This document shows, piece by piece, positions 1-9,280 of a stretch of DNA of 64,000 nt. Below the pieces are notes generated by a model that ran no database searches, was not told where the DNA came from, and worked only from the letters and a program-made list of their open reading frames with translations. The stretch is from an uncultured Granulosicoccaceae bacterium (GTDB lineage: Bacteria > Pseudomonadota > Gammaproteobacteria > CALCKW01), in assembly GCA_937965695.1 (NCBI GenBank), contig CALCKW010000059.1, positions 351 to 64,350 on the forward strand, given 5' to 3'. The position numbers and the translations under genes are program-made. How positions within the stretch are numbered: position 1 is the stretch's first letter; each line of letters opens with the position of its first letter.

Positions 1-28
1 AATAAACCAACCCCAGGAGCTTAGAGTT

Positions 29-775
29 TTGAAAGCTATTGTATTTTGTGATATTGACGGGTGCTTGAGCTACGGCAAAAATTGCGCCTTCGATTTGCCT
101 GTGCTTGCGCAGATCAGAGACAGGGTGCCGCGATTGGCAAAAATGGATATCGGTTTTACACTGTGTACCGGTCGGCCTCAACCCTATGCAGAGGCGATGT
201 CTCAGATGCTAGGGACAGACTTGCCTTTGGTCTGTGAAGGTGGCTCGCTGGTGTATGAGCCTATAGGTGATACCTATAGACCGATGGCGGACGTTGACAG
301 CATGCAGGGTATCGCCGAGTTGCAATCGGCCATTCAAAATTCCGACCTGTTGAACGGCGATCTCTACTTTGAAGTGGGCAATGCTTTTAGCATGTGTTTG
401 ACTGGGCCTGCGTTCGCGGGGTGCAGCCACACGGAAATTCGCGCTGAGATGGACCGCTTGATGGCCCTGTATTCTGACTATCCTGTCTCTTGGTCGCACT
501 CCACCAACGCCATCGACGTTACTGCCAAAGGCATAGACAAGGGCACTGGAGTGCGCGCTATTTGTGCTGACTACGATATCGCCTTGGCGCAGACAGCGGG
601 CATTGGTGACAGCAACGGGGATGTAGGTATGTTTAACGTGGTGGCGCGAGGGTATTGCCCCAGTAACGCCAGTGACGAGTTGAAGTCTCTATCTTCATAT
701 ATCTCCGAGAAAAGCTATATGGAGGGTACATTGGCCATTCTGCACGAGATTGAAAAGAATCCTGATTTTCTGTGA
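29..775 (+). CDS. HAD-superfamily hydrolase (Cof/HAD-IIB-like sugar-phosphate phosphatase)
   Basis: The N-terminal DIDGCL motif matches the HAD nucleophile loop DxDG[T/C]L. A GDSxND-type motif lies near the C-terminus (IGDSNGD). At 248 aa the ORF has the typical length for the family. The ORF is intact. Confidence 0.6.
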   Translation: MKAIVFCDIDGCLSYGKNCAFDLPVLAQIRDRVPRLAKMDIGFTLCTGRPQPYAEAMSQMLGTDLPLVCEGGSLVYEPIGDTYRPMADVDSMQGIAELQSAIQNSDLLNGDLYFEVGNAFSMCLTGPAFAGCSHTEIRAEMDRLMALYSDYPVSWSHSTNAIDVTAKGIDKGTGVRAICADYDIALAQTAGIGDSNGDVGMFNVVARGYCPSNASDELKSLSSYISEKSYMEGTLAILHEIEKNPDFL

Positions 776-907
776 GGCCAGAAGCTACTTTCCCAGTTTT
801 TACCGCGATAAAACACTTGCTGGAAACATAATACATGGGCATTCTGTATATTAGTTCTGGAAGAACGCCCATTTCTGGTGAACGATTTAACTCTGGGAGA
901 GATGTTA

Positions 908-1939
908 ATGAAAAAACTCACGCTCATAGCAACAGGCGTAATGGCTGTGCTGATGTCGACGACCTCTACGGTCGCCATGGCCAAAGATAAAATGACACTG
1001 TATTGCAGCGCGCAAGACGATTGGTGTCAGTTGATGGTCAACAGCTTCGAAGAAGCGACTGGTGTTGACGTGTCAATGACGCGCAAAAGCTCGGGTGAAA
1101 CCTTCGCGCAGATAAAGGCAGAGGCCGCTAATCCCAAGGGCGATGTCTGGTGGGGTGGCACCGGTGACCCGCATCTACAAGCCGCAGAAGAAGGGCTTAC
1201 TGCACCTTATGTCAGTGGTATGCGAGACCAGCTCAACGATTGGTCTATCTCGCAGGCGACATCAGCCGGTGACAAAACCATTGGCATCTATTCGGGTGCG
1301 CTCGGCTATGGCTATAACAGCGATTTACTCGCGGCTAACAACCTACCCGAGCCCGCTTGCTGGCAAGACCTTCTAAAGCCTGAGTACAAAGGCCACGTGC
1401 AGATGGCGAACCCCAATTCATCGGGTACTGCCTATACAACGCTTGCCACCATTGTGCAGTTGTTTGGTGAAGAAGAAGGCTTTGAATTCATGAAAGGCCT
1501 GCACAAGAACATCAACCAATACACTAAGTCAGGTTCTGCACCTATTAAAGCGGCAGCACGGGGTGAAAACACCATCGGTATCGTGTTTATGCATGACGCT
1601 GTAAAGCAGGCCGTTGCTGGTTTTCCGATCAAGGTCGTTGCACCTTGTGAAGGCACGGGTTATGAGATCGGGTCTATGTCGATCATCAAAGACGGCCGTA
1701 ACCCAGAAAGCGCGCAAAAGTTTTACGATTGGGCACTGTCTGCCGAAGCACAAACCTTGGCACTGCAGGTAAACGCTTTTCAGGTTCCGTCAAACATGGG
1801 GGCAGAAACTTCGCCCAGTGCACCTGATCTCGCGTCAATCAAACTGATTGACTATGACTTCAAAAAATACGGATCAAGTGCTGAGCGTAAGCGTTTATTG
1901 CAAAAATGGGATGACGAAGTCTCTGTGTTACCGCAATAG
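908..1939 (+). CDS. ABC transporter periplasmic substrate-binding protein (FbpA/AfuA/PotD-like cluster)
   Basis: It has a signal peptide (MKKLTLIATGVMAVLMSTTSTVAMA) and is about 340 aa. It lies directly upstream of a fused two-domain permease and a PotA/FbpC-like ATPase. A GGAG RBS sits before the ATG at 908; the in-frame ATG at 878 is the alternative start. Confidence 0.65.
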   Translation: MKKLTLIATGVMAVLMSTTSTVAMAKDKMTLYCSAQDDWCQLMVNSFEEATGVDVSMTRKSSGETFAQIKAEAANPKGDVWWGGTGDPHLQAAEEGLTAPYVSGMRDQLNDWSISQATSAGDKTIGIYSGALGYGYNSDLLAANNLPEPACWQDLLKPEYKGHVQMANPNSSGTAYTTLATIVQLFGEEEGFEFMKGLHKNINQYTKSGSAPIKAAARGENTIGIVFMHDAVKQAVAGFPIKVVAPCEGTGYEIGSMSIIKDGRNPESAQKFYDWALSAEAQTLALQVNAFQVPSNMGAETSPSAPDLASIKLIDYDFKKYGSSAERKRLLQKWDDEVSVLPQ

Positions 1940-1950
1940 AAAGCTGAGCA

Positions 1951-4167
1951 ATGCGAACAGACCATTCTGAGGCTGTATCCCAACCGGTTTTGATTTTCTG
2001 GATCATTATCGGTTGGGTCGGCTTTATGGTTCTTCCGTGGTATGCCCTAGAAGACGTTTTTTTTTCGTTTGAATGGCTGTTCGACGGGTATCCGTTTGAC
2101 TCGGATTACGCGCCCGCTGCGTTTCTCGTCACGCAAGGCGAGAAACTTTGGTTAGCGCCCCTGGTATTGCCGATAGTCGCCGTGTTGGCGGCTATTGGAC
2201 GAGTAAAGAGCGATCCGCTCTACGCAAAAATTCTCATTGCCTCCAGTGCCTTTGGTTTTGCTTGGCTTCTTTTCCAGGGCTTTGGCATTGGGTTGCGTGG
2301 CTGGCAGTTTGGCACCCTAGAAGCGTTGTTTGGCCCGCTGGGTGATCGCCAATTTGGCATGGGCTATGGCGCGATGTTTATGGCGCTGTCGTTTTTGTTT
2401 TTGTTTACGCAGGGTGTTGCGGCACGAGGCGCCATTAATGGCGACGTTTTTGTCGTCAGCGCCATTGGTGGTGTGATCGCGGTCATCACCATCTTTGTCT
2501 TTTTTCCTATCGCTAAAATGCTCACAGCGGCATTCATCACCGAAGACCAGACATATTCTGTCGTGGTGTTTTTATCCAAATTTCTCGACGACCGCCTTTG
2601 GGGTGTGTCTTGCCTGTCGGGTGGTGGTAAATGTGGTGTCGCTTGGAACTCGCTATTTTTAGCCGTATCCGTTGGCGCAATCACTACCGTCTTAGGGTTG
2701 GTGTTTGCCTTGGTGGTGACGCGCTCGGGCTTTAAACACAAGCGTGTCTTGCGCGCACTGACGGTATTGCCGATCATCACGCCGCCGTTTGTTATTGGCC
2801 TCGCTATTATTTTGCTCTTTGGTCTATCGGGTTCTGTCACCACCTTTGTGGCTGACGTGTTTGGTATACAGCCCACGCGCTGGGTTTATGGCTTGCCGGG
2901 TGTGATGATCGCGCAAGTGTTGGCTTTTACGCCCATCGCCTTTTTAGTGTTGATCGGTGTGGTTGAAGGGGTTAGCCCGTCGATGGAAGAGGCCGCGCAA
3001 ACGCTGCGTGCCAGTAAGTGGCAAGTGTTTCGCACGGTGTCTTTTCCGTTGATGCGGCCAGGGTTGGCTAATGCCTTTCTTTTAGGTTTTATTGAAAGCA
3101 TGGCCGATTTTGGCAACCCTTTGGTATTGGGTGGCAATTACGACGTGTTGTCCACCGAGATATTTTTTGCCATCGTTGGTGCACAGTATGACCAAGGGCA
3201 GGCGGCAGTACTGGCCATTGTGTTGTTGGCGTTTACGCTGGGTGCCTTTTACGCGCAGCGGTTTTGGTTGGGAAAAAAGTCTTACACAACGGTATCGGGC
3301 AAGGGCGACGCGGGTGTGCACCCGACCATGCCAAGCCGTTTGGCCATTCCTGTCTATGTTGTTGCAATTGTCTGGGCCCTGTTCACGGTTGTCATTTACT
3401 GCATGATCGTCTTTGGCAGCTTTGTCGAGTTGTGGGGCGTCAACAACACGCTCACGTTTAAACACTACGTCACTGCGTTTTCTTTTTCGTGGGGTGATGG
3501 GGATATCCGCTGGACCGGCGCTGCGTGGAATAGCTTTTGGACAACCATCCAGATTGCCGCGATTGCTGCGCCACTGACGGCTGCACTCGGTTTGTTAACC
3601 GCCTATTTACTGACGCGGCAAAACTTTGCAGGTAAATCCAGTTTTGAGTTTGGCACCATGCTGAGCTTTGCGATTCCGGGAACGGTGATTGGTGTCAGTT
3701 ATATTTTGGCGTTTAATGTGCCGCCGTTAGAGCTGACTGGGACAGGAATTATCTTGGTGATCAGCTTTGTTTTTAGAAACATGCCGGTGGGCGTGCGTGC
3801 CGGAATTGCTTCAATGTCGCAGCTGGATAAAAGCTTGGACGAGAGTTCGCTGACGTTGGGTGCCAACAGTTGGCAAACCTTCAGGCGGATAATTTTGCCG
3901 CTGCTTAAACCCGCCATTTTAGCGGCGTTAGTCTACAGTTTTGTGCGTGCGATGACGGCGGTATCAGCGGTGATATTTTTGGTCAGCGCTGAGTACGACA
4001 TGGCGACCAGCTACATTATTGGCCGCGTAGAAAACAACGATTACGGACTTGCCATTGCTTATTCAACGACGTTGATTATTGTCATGCTGGTGGCTGTTGG
4101 TGCAATGCAACTGGCGGTTGGCCGCACGGCCATCGGTCGGCGTATGTCCACTAAGCCCGAATCCTAG
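1951..4167 (+). CDS. ABC transporter permease with two fused transmembrane domains (FbpB/HitB-like)
   Basis: The ORF is 738 aa with two repeats of multi-helix hydrophobic segments, as expected for fused FbpB-type permeases. It sits between the SBP and the ATPase. A run of 9 T at about 2055 lies inside the ORF but does not break the frame. Confidence 0.7.
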   Translation: MRTDHSEAVSQPVLIFWIIIGWVGFMVLPWYALEDVFFSFEWLFDGYPFDSDYAPAAFLVTQGEKLWLAPLVLPIVAVLAAIGRVKSDPLYAKILIASSAFGFAWLLFQGFGIGLRGWQFGTLEALFGPLGDRQFGMGYGAMFMALSFLFLFTQGVAARGAINGDVFVVSAIGGVIAVITIFVFFPIAKMLTAAFITEDQTYSVVVFLSKFLDDRLWGVSCLSGGGKCGVAWNSLFLAVSVGAITTVLGLVFALVVTRSGFKHKRVLRALTVLPIITPPFVIGLAIILLFGLSGSVTTFVADVFGIQPTRWVYGLPGVMIAQVLAFTPIAFLVLIGVVEGVSPSMEEAAQTLRASKWQVFRTVSFPLMRPGLANAFLLGFIESMADFGNPLVLGGNYDVLSTEIFFAIVGAQYDQGQAAVLAIVLLAFTLGAFYAQRFWLGKKSYTTVSGKGDAGVHPTMPSRLAIPVYVVAIVWALFTVVIYCMIVFGSFVELWGVNNTLTFKHYVTAFSFSWGDGDIRWTGAAWNSFWTTIQIAAIAAPLTAALGLLTAYLLTRQNFAGKSSFEFGTMLSFAIPGTVIGVSYILAFNVPPLELTGTGIILVISFVFRNMPVGVRAGIASMSQLDKSLDESSLTLGANSWQTFRRIILPLLKPAILAALVYSFVRAMTAVSAVIFLVSAEYDMATSYIIGRVENNDYGLAIAYSTTLIIVMLVAVGAMQLAVGRTAIGRRMSTKPES

Positions 4168-4177
4168 GAGAGATGCA

Positions 4178-5257
4178 ATGGTAGATATAATAAATAGCAA
4201 GGCCGCATCTGTCCGGTTTGAAGGTGTGTCTAAAACTTACGGCACAGATGTTCTGGCCGTGGACGACATTTCGTTAACCATAGAACCCAGCACCCTAGTG
4301 ACGTTGTTAGGGCCCTCGGGCTGTGGCAAAACAACAACCTTGCGCATGATCGCCGGTTTAGAGATCGCGTCAAAAGGGCGTATTTTAATCGGCGACAAAG
4401 ACGTCACCAAATTGCCAGCCACCGATCGTGACGTGTCAATGGTGTTTCAGTCCTATGCGTTATTTCCGCACATGACGGTGATGGAAAACGTGGCTTATGG
4501 CCTCAACTACAGTGGGTTCAACAAAGCTGAATCGCGTGATCGCGCGATCGCGGGTCTGGAGATTGTTGGGCTGGCAGGTTTTGAGAAACGGTTGCCGAGT
4601 GAATTATCGGGTGGCCAACAACAGCGTGTTGCTGTGGCACGTGCGTTGGTGTTGGAACCGCAAGTTTTGTTGTTTGATGAACCCTTGTCTAACTTGGATG
4701 CCAAGCTACGTCGACAAGTACGTGAGGAAATCCGTGAGATTCAACAAAACCTTGGGCTGACGGTAGTTTATGTCACGCACGACCAAGAAGAAGCACTGGC
4801 GGTGTCCGATCGCATTATTGTGATGCGCAACGCCGCGATTGCGCAGGAGGGCACGCCCCGCGAATTGTTTGAAGCACCCGTGGATGCCTTTGTGGCTGAT
4901 TTTATCGGCGAGGCCAATTTAATTCCCTGCCAGATCGAAAAGGTTACTGGGGAGATGGCAGATATAAGCATTGGTGACTACCAATATTCTTTGCCTGCGC
5001 GTGGCATGTCTCCGGGTGCAGCGACAGTTGCAGTGCGACCAAGCCGTGTTCAGATCTTGGCCAGCGGTACTCCCGATATGATCTCCGCCAATATTGCAAA
5101 AGCCACCTACGTGGGCGGACACATGGAATACACCTTAGATACGCCATTTGGGGCACTGTTTGCCATGTCGGGTGACGTTGATCAGCCCTTTGCTGTTGAC
5201 CAAGAAGTGGCCATGAGTTTTTCAGGGTCTGGGCCTGTATTACTTCCCAAACGTTAG
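4178..5257 (+). CDS. ABC transporter ATP-binding protein (FbpC/PotA-like, with C-terminal TOBE-like domain)
   Basis: It carries Walker A (GPSGCGKTT), the LSGGQQQRVAVARAL signature, Walker B (LLFDEP) and an H-loop. The start is called at the ATG 4178, preceded by GGAGAG; the longer ORF from 4079 overlaps the permease in a different frame. Confidence 0.85.
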   Translation: MVDIINSKAASVRFEGVSKTYGTDVLAVDDISLTIEPSTLVTLLGPSGCGKTTTLRMIAGLEIASKGRILIGDKDVTKLPATDRDVSMVFQSYALFPHMTVMENVAYGLNYSGFNKAESRDRAIAGLEIVGLAGFEKRLPSELSGGQQQRVAVARALVLEPQVLLFDEPLSNLDAKLRRQVREEIREIQQNLGLTVVYVTHDQEEALAVSDRIIVMRNAAIAQEGTPRELFEAPVDAFVADFIGEANLIPCQIEKVTGEMADISIGDYQYSLPARGMSPGAATVAVRPSRVQILASGTPDMISANIAKATYVGGHMEYTLDTPFGALFAMSGDVDQPFAVDQEVAMSFSGSGPVLLPKR

Positions 5258-5377
5258 ATTTTCAACTGTGTCGAACCATCAGACTAAAACGACTGTAATT
5301 TTGGCATTATTTTAATTGCACCCTTGCGGTTAATCTGATGGTGCGTGGTCGGATCATCCGCGGGTAACCGCGCAAAA

Positions 5378-5412
5378 AAAAGCACCGTCTTGACGGTGCT
5401 TTTTCTTTGGCT
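5378..5412. terminator. Bidirectional rho-independent terminator between convergent genes
   Basis: The sequence is aaaaaaaaGCACCGTCttgaCGGTGCtttttc, a GC hairpin flanked by an A-run on one side and a T-run on the other. It sits between the + ATPase (end 5257) and the - YHYH gene (end 5416). Confidence 0.5.
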
Positions 5413-5415
5413 TTT

Positions 5416-6447
5416 TTAGTCTTGTGGAGGCGGTCGATTGCCATTGGCGTCACCATCCGGTGGTGGACCGCCCGGGCCGCGCTCAATTTTTACACTGTCG
5501 CCGCTGAAGCAACCGATAAACATGTTTTCGGCGGGGCTGGCTGCGTGGTAGTGGTAGCCTCTTACCGCATCGGTTGCGCCTCGACACTCATCGAGATCGG
5601 TGTGTTCTTCTCCGCTGCTGTTGGTCATTGCATAGATACCGTATCCGTCTCTCGCGTATGCGATTAATGGTGCGTGACCGTCGTCGGGGGCGGCTGTTTC
5701 CGTGCAACCAGTAGCAGCGTGGTAGTGGTATCCGTCATTGGGGTTGACGTGGCCGCCGCAGTCGTCAAAGGCCGCAATGGTGTAGGCACCGAGAATCGCG
5801 TGCACGGGGGCTGCTGCGGCGAGTACCACACCGTTGAGTGATACACCGACGTCTCCACTGATAGCTTCAGGGTTATCGAGTTTAACGGGGTTTACCGGAA
5901 TAAGCAGCGTATGGCTCACGGCCCCACCGGTGTAATCAAGGGAGCATTCTACGCAATGGTTTTGGTATTGCTCGTCCACGTCAGGTCTGGCAGCTGCTCT
6001 GCAGGCGGCCTCCGTGTCGGTAATATGCACAAGGCCTGTGTCTGCGTCGTACAGTTGCCAGTGCTCGTCGTTATAAAGGTCAGGCAGGTTTTTGATAAAC
6101 TCGCCGTCTGCGTCGTGCACCTCTCCTGATCCATCGAACCAGATACCGGCATCCTCCGCGCCGTCCGTGATACTGCGAGGGCAAAAGGGTCCAACGTTTG
6201 CGTTGACGGGCGCACCCGCGATGGTGATGCGGTAGCAAGTGGTTTCAAGACCACTGCTGAGTGTGCAGTTCTCAGTGGCGATGTCTTCGACGAGCGCATC
6301 GTGCAAAAATTGTGAAGGGTCGATTGCACCTACTACAGCACTCTGTGTGCTCACAGCTTCAACTACTTCGTTACTGTTATTGCAGGCAACAACAAGCGCA
6401 GGTAAAGCAATGCTAAGCCCTAAGGCCCGTACAGATTTTGTTTTCAT
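5416..6447 (-). CDS. YHYH-motif family secreted lipoprotein (unknown function), paralog A
   Basis: A lipoprotein signal (…LVVAC|NNS) is present. There are two GYHYHA motifs (DDCGGHVNPNDGYHYHAATGC and RGYHYHAASPAENMFIGCF) and many Cys residues. The tail is Gly/Pro-rich. It is about 65% identical to the ORF at 6847..7884. Confidence 0.6.
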   Translation of the reverse strand: MKTKSVRALGLSIALPALVVACNNSNEVVEAVSTQSAVVGAIDPSQFLHDALVEDIATENCTLSSGLETTCYRITIAGAPVNANVGPFCPRSITDGAEDAGIWFDGSGEVHDADGEFIKNLPDLYNDEHWQLYDADTGLVHITDTEAACRAAARPDVDEQYQNHCVECSLDYTGGAVSHTLLIPVNPVKLDNPEAISGDVGVSLNGVVLAAAAPVHAILGAYTIAAFDDCGGHVNPNDGYHYHAATGCTETAAPDDGHAPLIAYARDGYGIYAMTNSSGEEHTDLDECRGATDAVRGYHYHAASPAENMFIGCFSGDSVKIERGPGGPPPDGDANGNRPPPQD

Positions 6448-6535
6448 GAAAAGCTCACTTTGTTGCGCTGATGGCTGCGCTTAACAATAAGTTGGTTGAT
6501 AAATGGTCGGACAACTGTAGTGGTATCGGTCTGTC

Positions 6536-6790
6536 CTAATGATTGTGTTCAGCTTTACTTTGCTCCGTGAGAAATTCGATGGGCTTTTGCCGGACGCACA
6601 TCAACTGCCCGTTAAAGGATTGGCAACTGCCGGTGTAGCGCGCTTGCCTTAATGTATAGCTGCAGGGATCTTTTAATTGATTGACGTCGCAGGCTTGTCT
6701 GGCAACGTGTTTATTCGACAGCTCATGCGCCTGGCTGTTGCAGCACAGACTTGCAAAAATAACTGTTACAGCGATAGTTGGTTTTTTCAT
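6536..6790 (-). CDS. Small secreted Cys-containing protein (hypothetical), between the two YHYH paralogs
   Basis: The 84-aa ORF has a signal peptide (MKKPTIAVTVIFASLCCNSQA). The mature part is about 63 aa with 4 Cys and a His-rich C-terminus (EHNH). It is on the same strand as both YHYH genes. I have no homology-based assignment. Confidence 0.4.
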   Translation of the reverse strand: MKKPTIAVTVIFASLCCNSQAHELSNKHVARQACDVNQLKDPCSYTLRQARYTGSCQSFNGQLMCVRQKPIEFLTEQSKAEHNH

Positions 6791-6846
6791 CTGAATACCT
6801 AGGGTGCAGGCGGTGATTGGAGCCGCCTGACAGAGTCTAATTTAGA

Positions 6847-7884
6847 TTATTCGGGTGGTGGCCCACCACCGGGTCCGCCACCTTGTCCGGTAGCAACGGC
6901 AACAGTGTCTCCGTGAAAACAACCAATAAACATATTCTCAGCTGCACTCGCTGCGTGATAGTGGTAGCCACGAATGTCGTCGTTGGCCCCGCGGCATTGA
7001 TCTAGGTCTGTGTGTTCTTCACCTGCCGCGTTAGTCATTGCATAAATACCATAGCCATCGCGTGCATAGCCAATCATCGGTGCGTGTTCGTCCGGTTGAT
7101 CCACGACTTCGCTGCAGCCGGTGGCTGCATGGTAGTGATAGCCTTCGTTAGGGTTAACATGGCCGCCGCAGTCGTCGAATGCTGCGATTGTGTAGTTGCT
7201 CAATATGTCATCCACGGATGCAGACAGCGCCATGACAACACCATTGAGAGCAACACCTGTATCGCCACTTAATGCAGCTGGTTCTTCGAGCGGGACGGGG
7301 GTGACGGGTATCTGGAAGGTCAGTTCTATTCCGCCGTCGTAGTAGGCAATATCGCACACAACACACTTGTATTTGTACGCTTCTTCAACGTTTGGTTGGG
7401 CGGCACCTTCGCATGCTGCTTGTGTGTCGGTGACGTAAACGTCGCCTGTTGCTTGATCGTGTAGCACCCAGTTTGGGTCGTTGTAGGTTGTCGCTAAATT
7501 TTCGATGAACGAACCCGTCAGGTCGTACAGCGCGCCCGTGCCGTCAAACCAAATACCGACAGATTCAGCGGTGTCGGAAGTATTGCTTGGGCAGAAAGGA
7601 CCAATATCAGCGCCGTCGTTGACAGGGTTTCCCACAATGGTGATGCTGTAGCAGGTGGTTTCAACACCTGAGCTTAGCGTGCAGCGCTCGGTGCTAATGT
7701 CTCGGGAAAGGCCAGCATTGAGGAATAGGGATGGGTCAACGGGTATAGACGTCGTTGTTGTATCTGTAGTACCTGATGTGCTGTCGGAGTTGCTGTCGCA
7801 AGCAACAAGTATCACAGGTGCTATGACACTTAGCCCCAAGACCCATGAATATTTCACACGTATATATCCCTCTGTTCTTGACAC
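6847..7884 (-). CDS. YHYH-motif family secreted lipoprotein, paralog B
   Basis: A lipoprotein signal (…ILVAC|DSNS) is followed by a Thr/Ser-rich linker. The same two GYHYHA motifs and Cys pattern as paralog A are present, and there is a Gly/Pro tail. Confidence 0.6.
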   Translation of the reverse strand: MSRTEGYIRVKYSWVLGLSVIAPVILVACDSNSDSTSGTTDTTTTSIPVDPSLFLNAGLSRDISTERCTLSSGVETTCYSITIVGNPVNDGADIGPFCPSNTSDTAESVGIWFDGTGALYDLTGSFIENLATTYNDPNWVLHDQATGDVYVTDTQAACEGAAQPNVEEAYKYKCVVCDIAYYDGGIELTFQIPVTPVPLEEPAALSGDTGVALNGVVMALSASVDDILSNYTIAAFDDCGGHVNPNEGYHYHAATGCSEVVDQPDEHAPMIGYARDGYGIYAMTNAAGEEHTDLDQCRGANDDIRGYHYHAASAAENMFIGCFHGDTVAVATGQGGGPGGGPPPE

Positions 7885-8015
7885 ACTCGCTCTGCCATTA
7901 CTGCCGTTATTTTACGAGGGATACTAGAGACTAATTGTGGAGGAATTGTGGTGGTTAGAAATAATTGTTTTTAGTGGGGGAGCTGGGCTGCTTATACTCC
8001 AGTGTTTTCTACCAT

Positions 8016-8534
8016 TTAGGCGGATGAAAAACTGGCTAAAGCGAAGCAAATGGTTTGAGTATAGGTGCTTCGGCGGTTGTAGTTGTCTCGGGTAAGCAAG
8101 CCAATAGCGCCTCCTTTCTGTTTGGCATTTTGGGTGCCAAAAACACGGTCACAGGCGTGGCCTAGTTCCAGCCCTTGCTCGATCAATGCTGTGATGGCCT
8201 GCGGCAGTGGCAGGCTTGTGCTTCGAGATTGGCTTATGCGGCCATCTTTGTGCCTGACTACAATCCAGGCGAAAGTGCTTATTTGACCGTACAAGGTGTC
8301 GATGCCTCCCTCTATGCCCACGCAATAGTTGACCTCTGGGTGGTTCGTGGCCAAGGCCATCACTCGGTTGTGCGCCCCGTGCCATGTCTCCTTGTCGCTG
8401 AGTGGTTGATCTGCTACGCCCGAATCCACGCTTAATCCTTCAAAATGGCACTCTAACTGTGGCAGGCACATCGCAAAGGCGTCTTCGACCGCGCCTATTT
8501 TTACAGGGTTTAGTGAGGCGATAAGCACACGCAT
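8016..8534 (-). CDS. yjjX: Non-canonical purine NTP phosphatase (inosine/xanthosine triphosphatase, YjjX family)
   Basis: The N-terminus MRVLIASLNPVKIGAVEDAF is characteristic of the YjjX/Maf-Ham1-like family. The ORF is about 170 aa. The start is placed at the MRV Met. Confidence 0.65.
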   Translation of the reverse strand: MRVLIASLNPVKIGAVEDAFAMCLPQLECHFEGLSVDSGVADQPLSDKETWHGAHNRVMALATNHPEVNYCVGIEGGIDTLYGQISTFAWIVVRHKDGRISQSRSTSLPLPQAITALIEQGLELGHACDRVFGTQNAKQKGGAIGLLTRDNYNRRSTYTQTICFALASFSSA

Positions 8535-8658
8535 AGAGCACTCCAATTATCTGGTTTAAGGCTATTGTTAAGGGGCATCAGATGGAATGCAATAGTTGGA
8601 GTCTTGGCATCTCGTGCAATTTTTTGTGCCGTTATAACCGAGGGGGAGAGACAAAGCC

Positions 8659-9102
8659 GTGAGTGGGCTGTTTGACTGGGGGTTGACTGGGATGTTTGTC
8701 GCAGCCTTTTTGGCCGCGACAATCCTTCCCTTGGGTTCGGAGGTGGTTTTTGGGACTCTGCTGCAACAGGGCGTTACGCCGTTGTGGTTAATCCTGGTAG
8801 CAACGGTCGGCAATGTCTTGGGTTCACTTGTCAATTACGCTCTGGGCGTATGGGGCGGGACGGCTGTGGCCAAGCGTTGGCTCAAAATGTCCGATGATGA
8901 TTTGGCACTTGCCGAGTCTCGGTTTCAACGCTTTGGCTTGGCGTCACTGCTGTTTGCTTGGGTGCCCATTATCGGTGATCCACTGACGGTGATTGCTGGG
9001 TTTTTAAAAGTACCACTGTTGTGGTTTTTGATTTTAGTCACTTTAGGTAAGCTCTCGCGCTATTGCGTGTTGGCATATGTGTTGTTGGCGACTCTCGCTT
9101 AG
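8659..9102 (+). CDS. yqaA: DedA/YqaA-family inner-membrane protein
   Basis: The sequence MSGLFDWGLTGMFVAAFLAATILPLGSEVVF and the overall hydrophobic 147-aa profile match the YqaA subgroup of the DedA family. A GTG start is likely. Confidence 0.65.
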   Translation: MSGLFDWGLTGMFVAAFLAATILPLGSEVVFGTLLQQGVTPLWLILVATVGNVLGSLVNYALGVWGGTAVAKRWLKMSDDDLALAESRFQRFGLASLLFAWVPIIGDPLTVIAGFLKVPLLWFLILVTLGKLSRYCVLAYVLLATLA

Positions 9103-9280
9103 TTGCAAGAAATGGATTATCCCTATAACTTTCTACAAAGTTGGCATCACCATAAGCACGCGCTGAGTGGGGTGTTATGTGCCTACTTCTGTGTTAATCA
9201 TGGTACTTTATCTCTACTGTTTTCAGTTTGCTTTGATTCTTAGTCTGCTCCTAAACGCAGCTGGCTACGGAGTATCGTTT

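Noticed and set aside
2055-2063. Homopolymer run of 9 T inside the fused permease gene as a possible frameshift or phase-variation site
   Set aside because: The reading frame is intact across it and the protein continues with plausible hydrophobic sequence. There is no evidence of slippage.
4079-4177. N-terminal 33-aa extension (MSCWWLLVQCNWRL…) on the ABC ATPase ORF
   Set aside because: It overlaps the permease 3' end in another frame. A strong GGAGAG RBS precedes the conserved MVDIINSK start at 4178.
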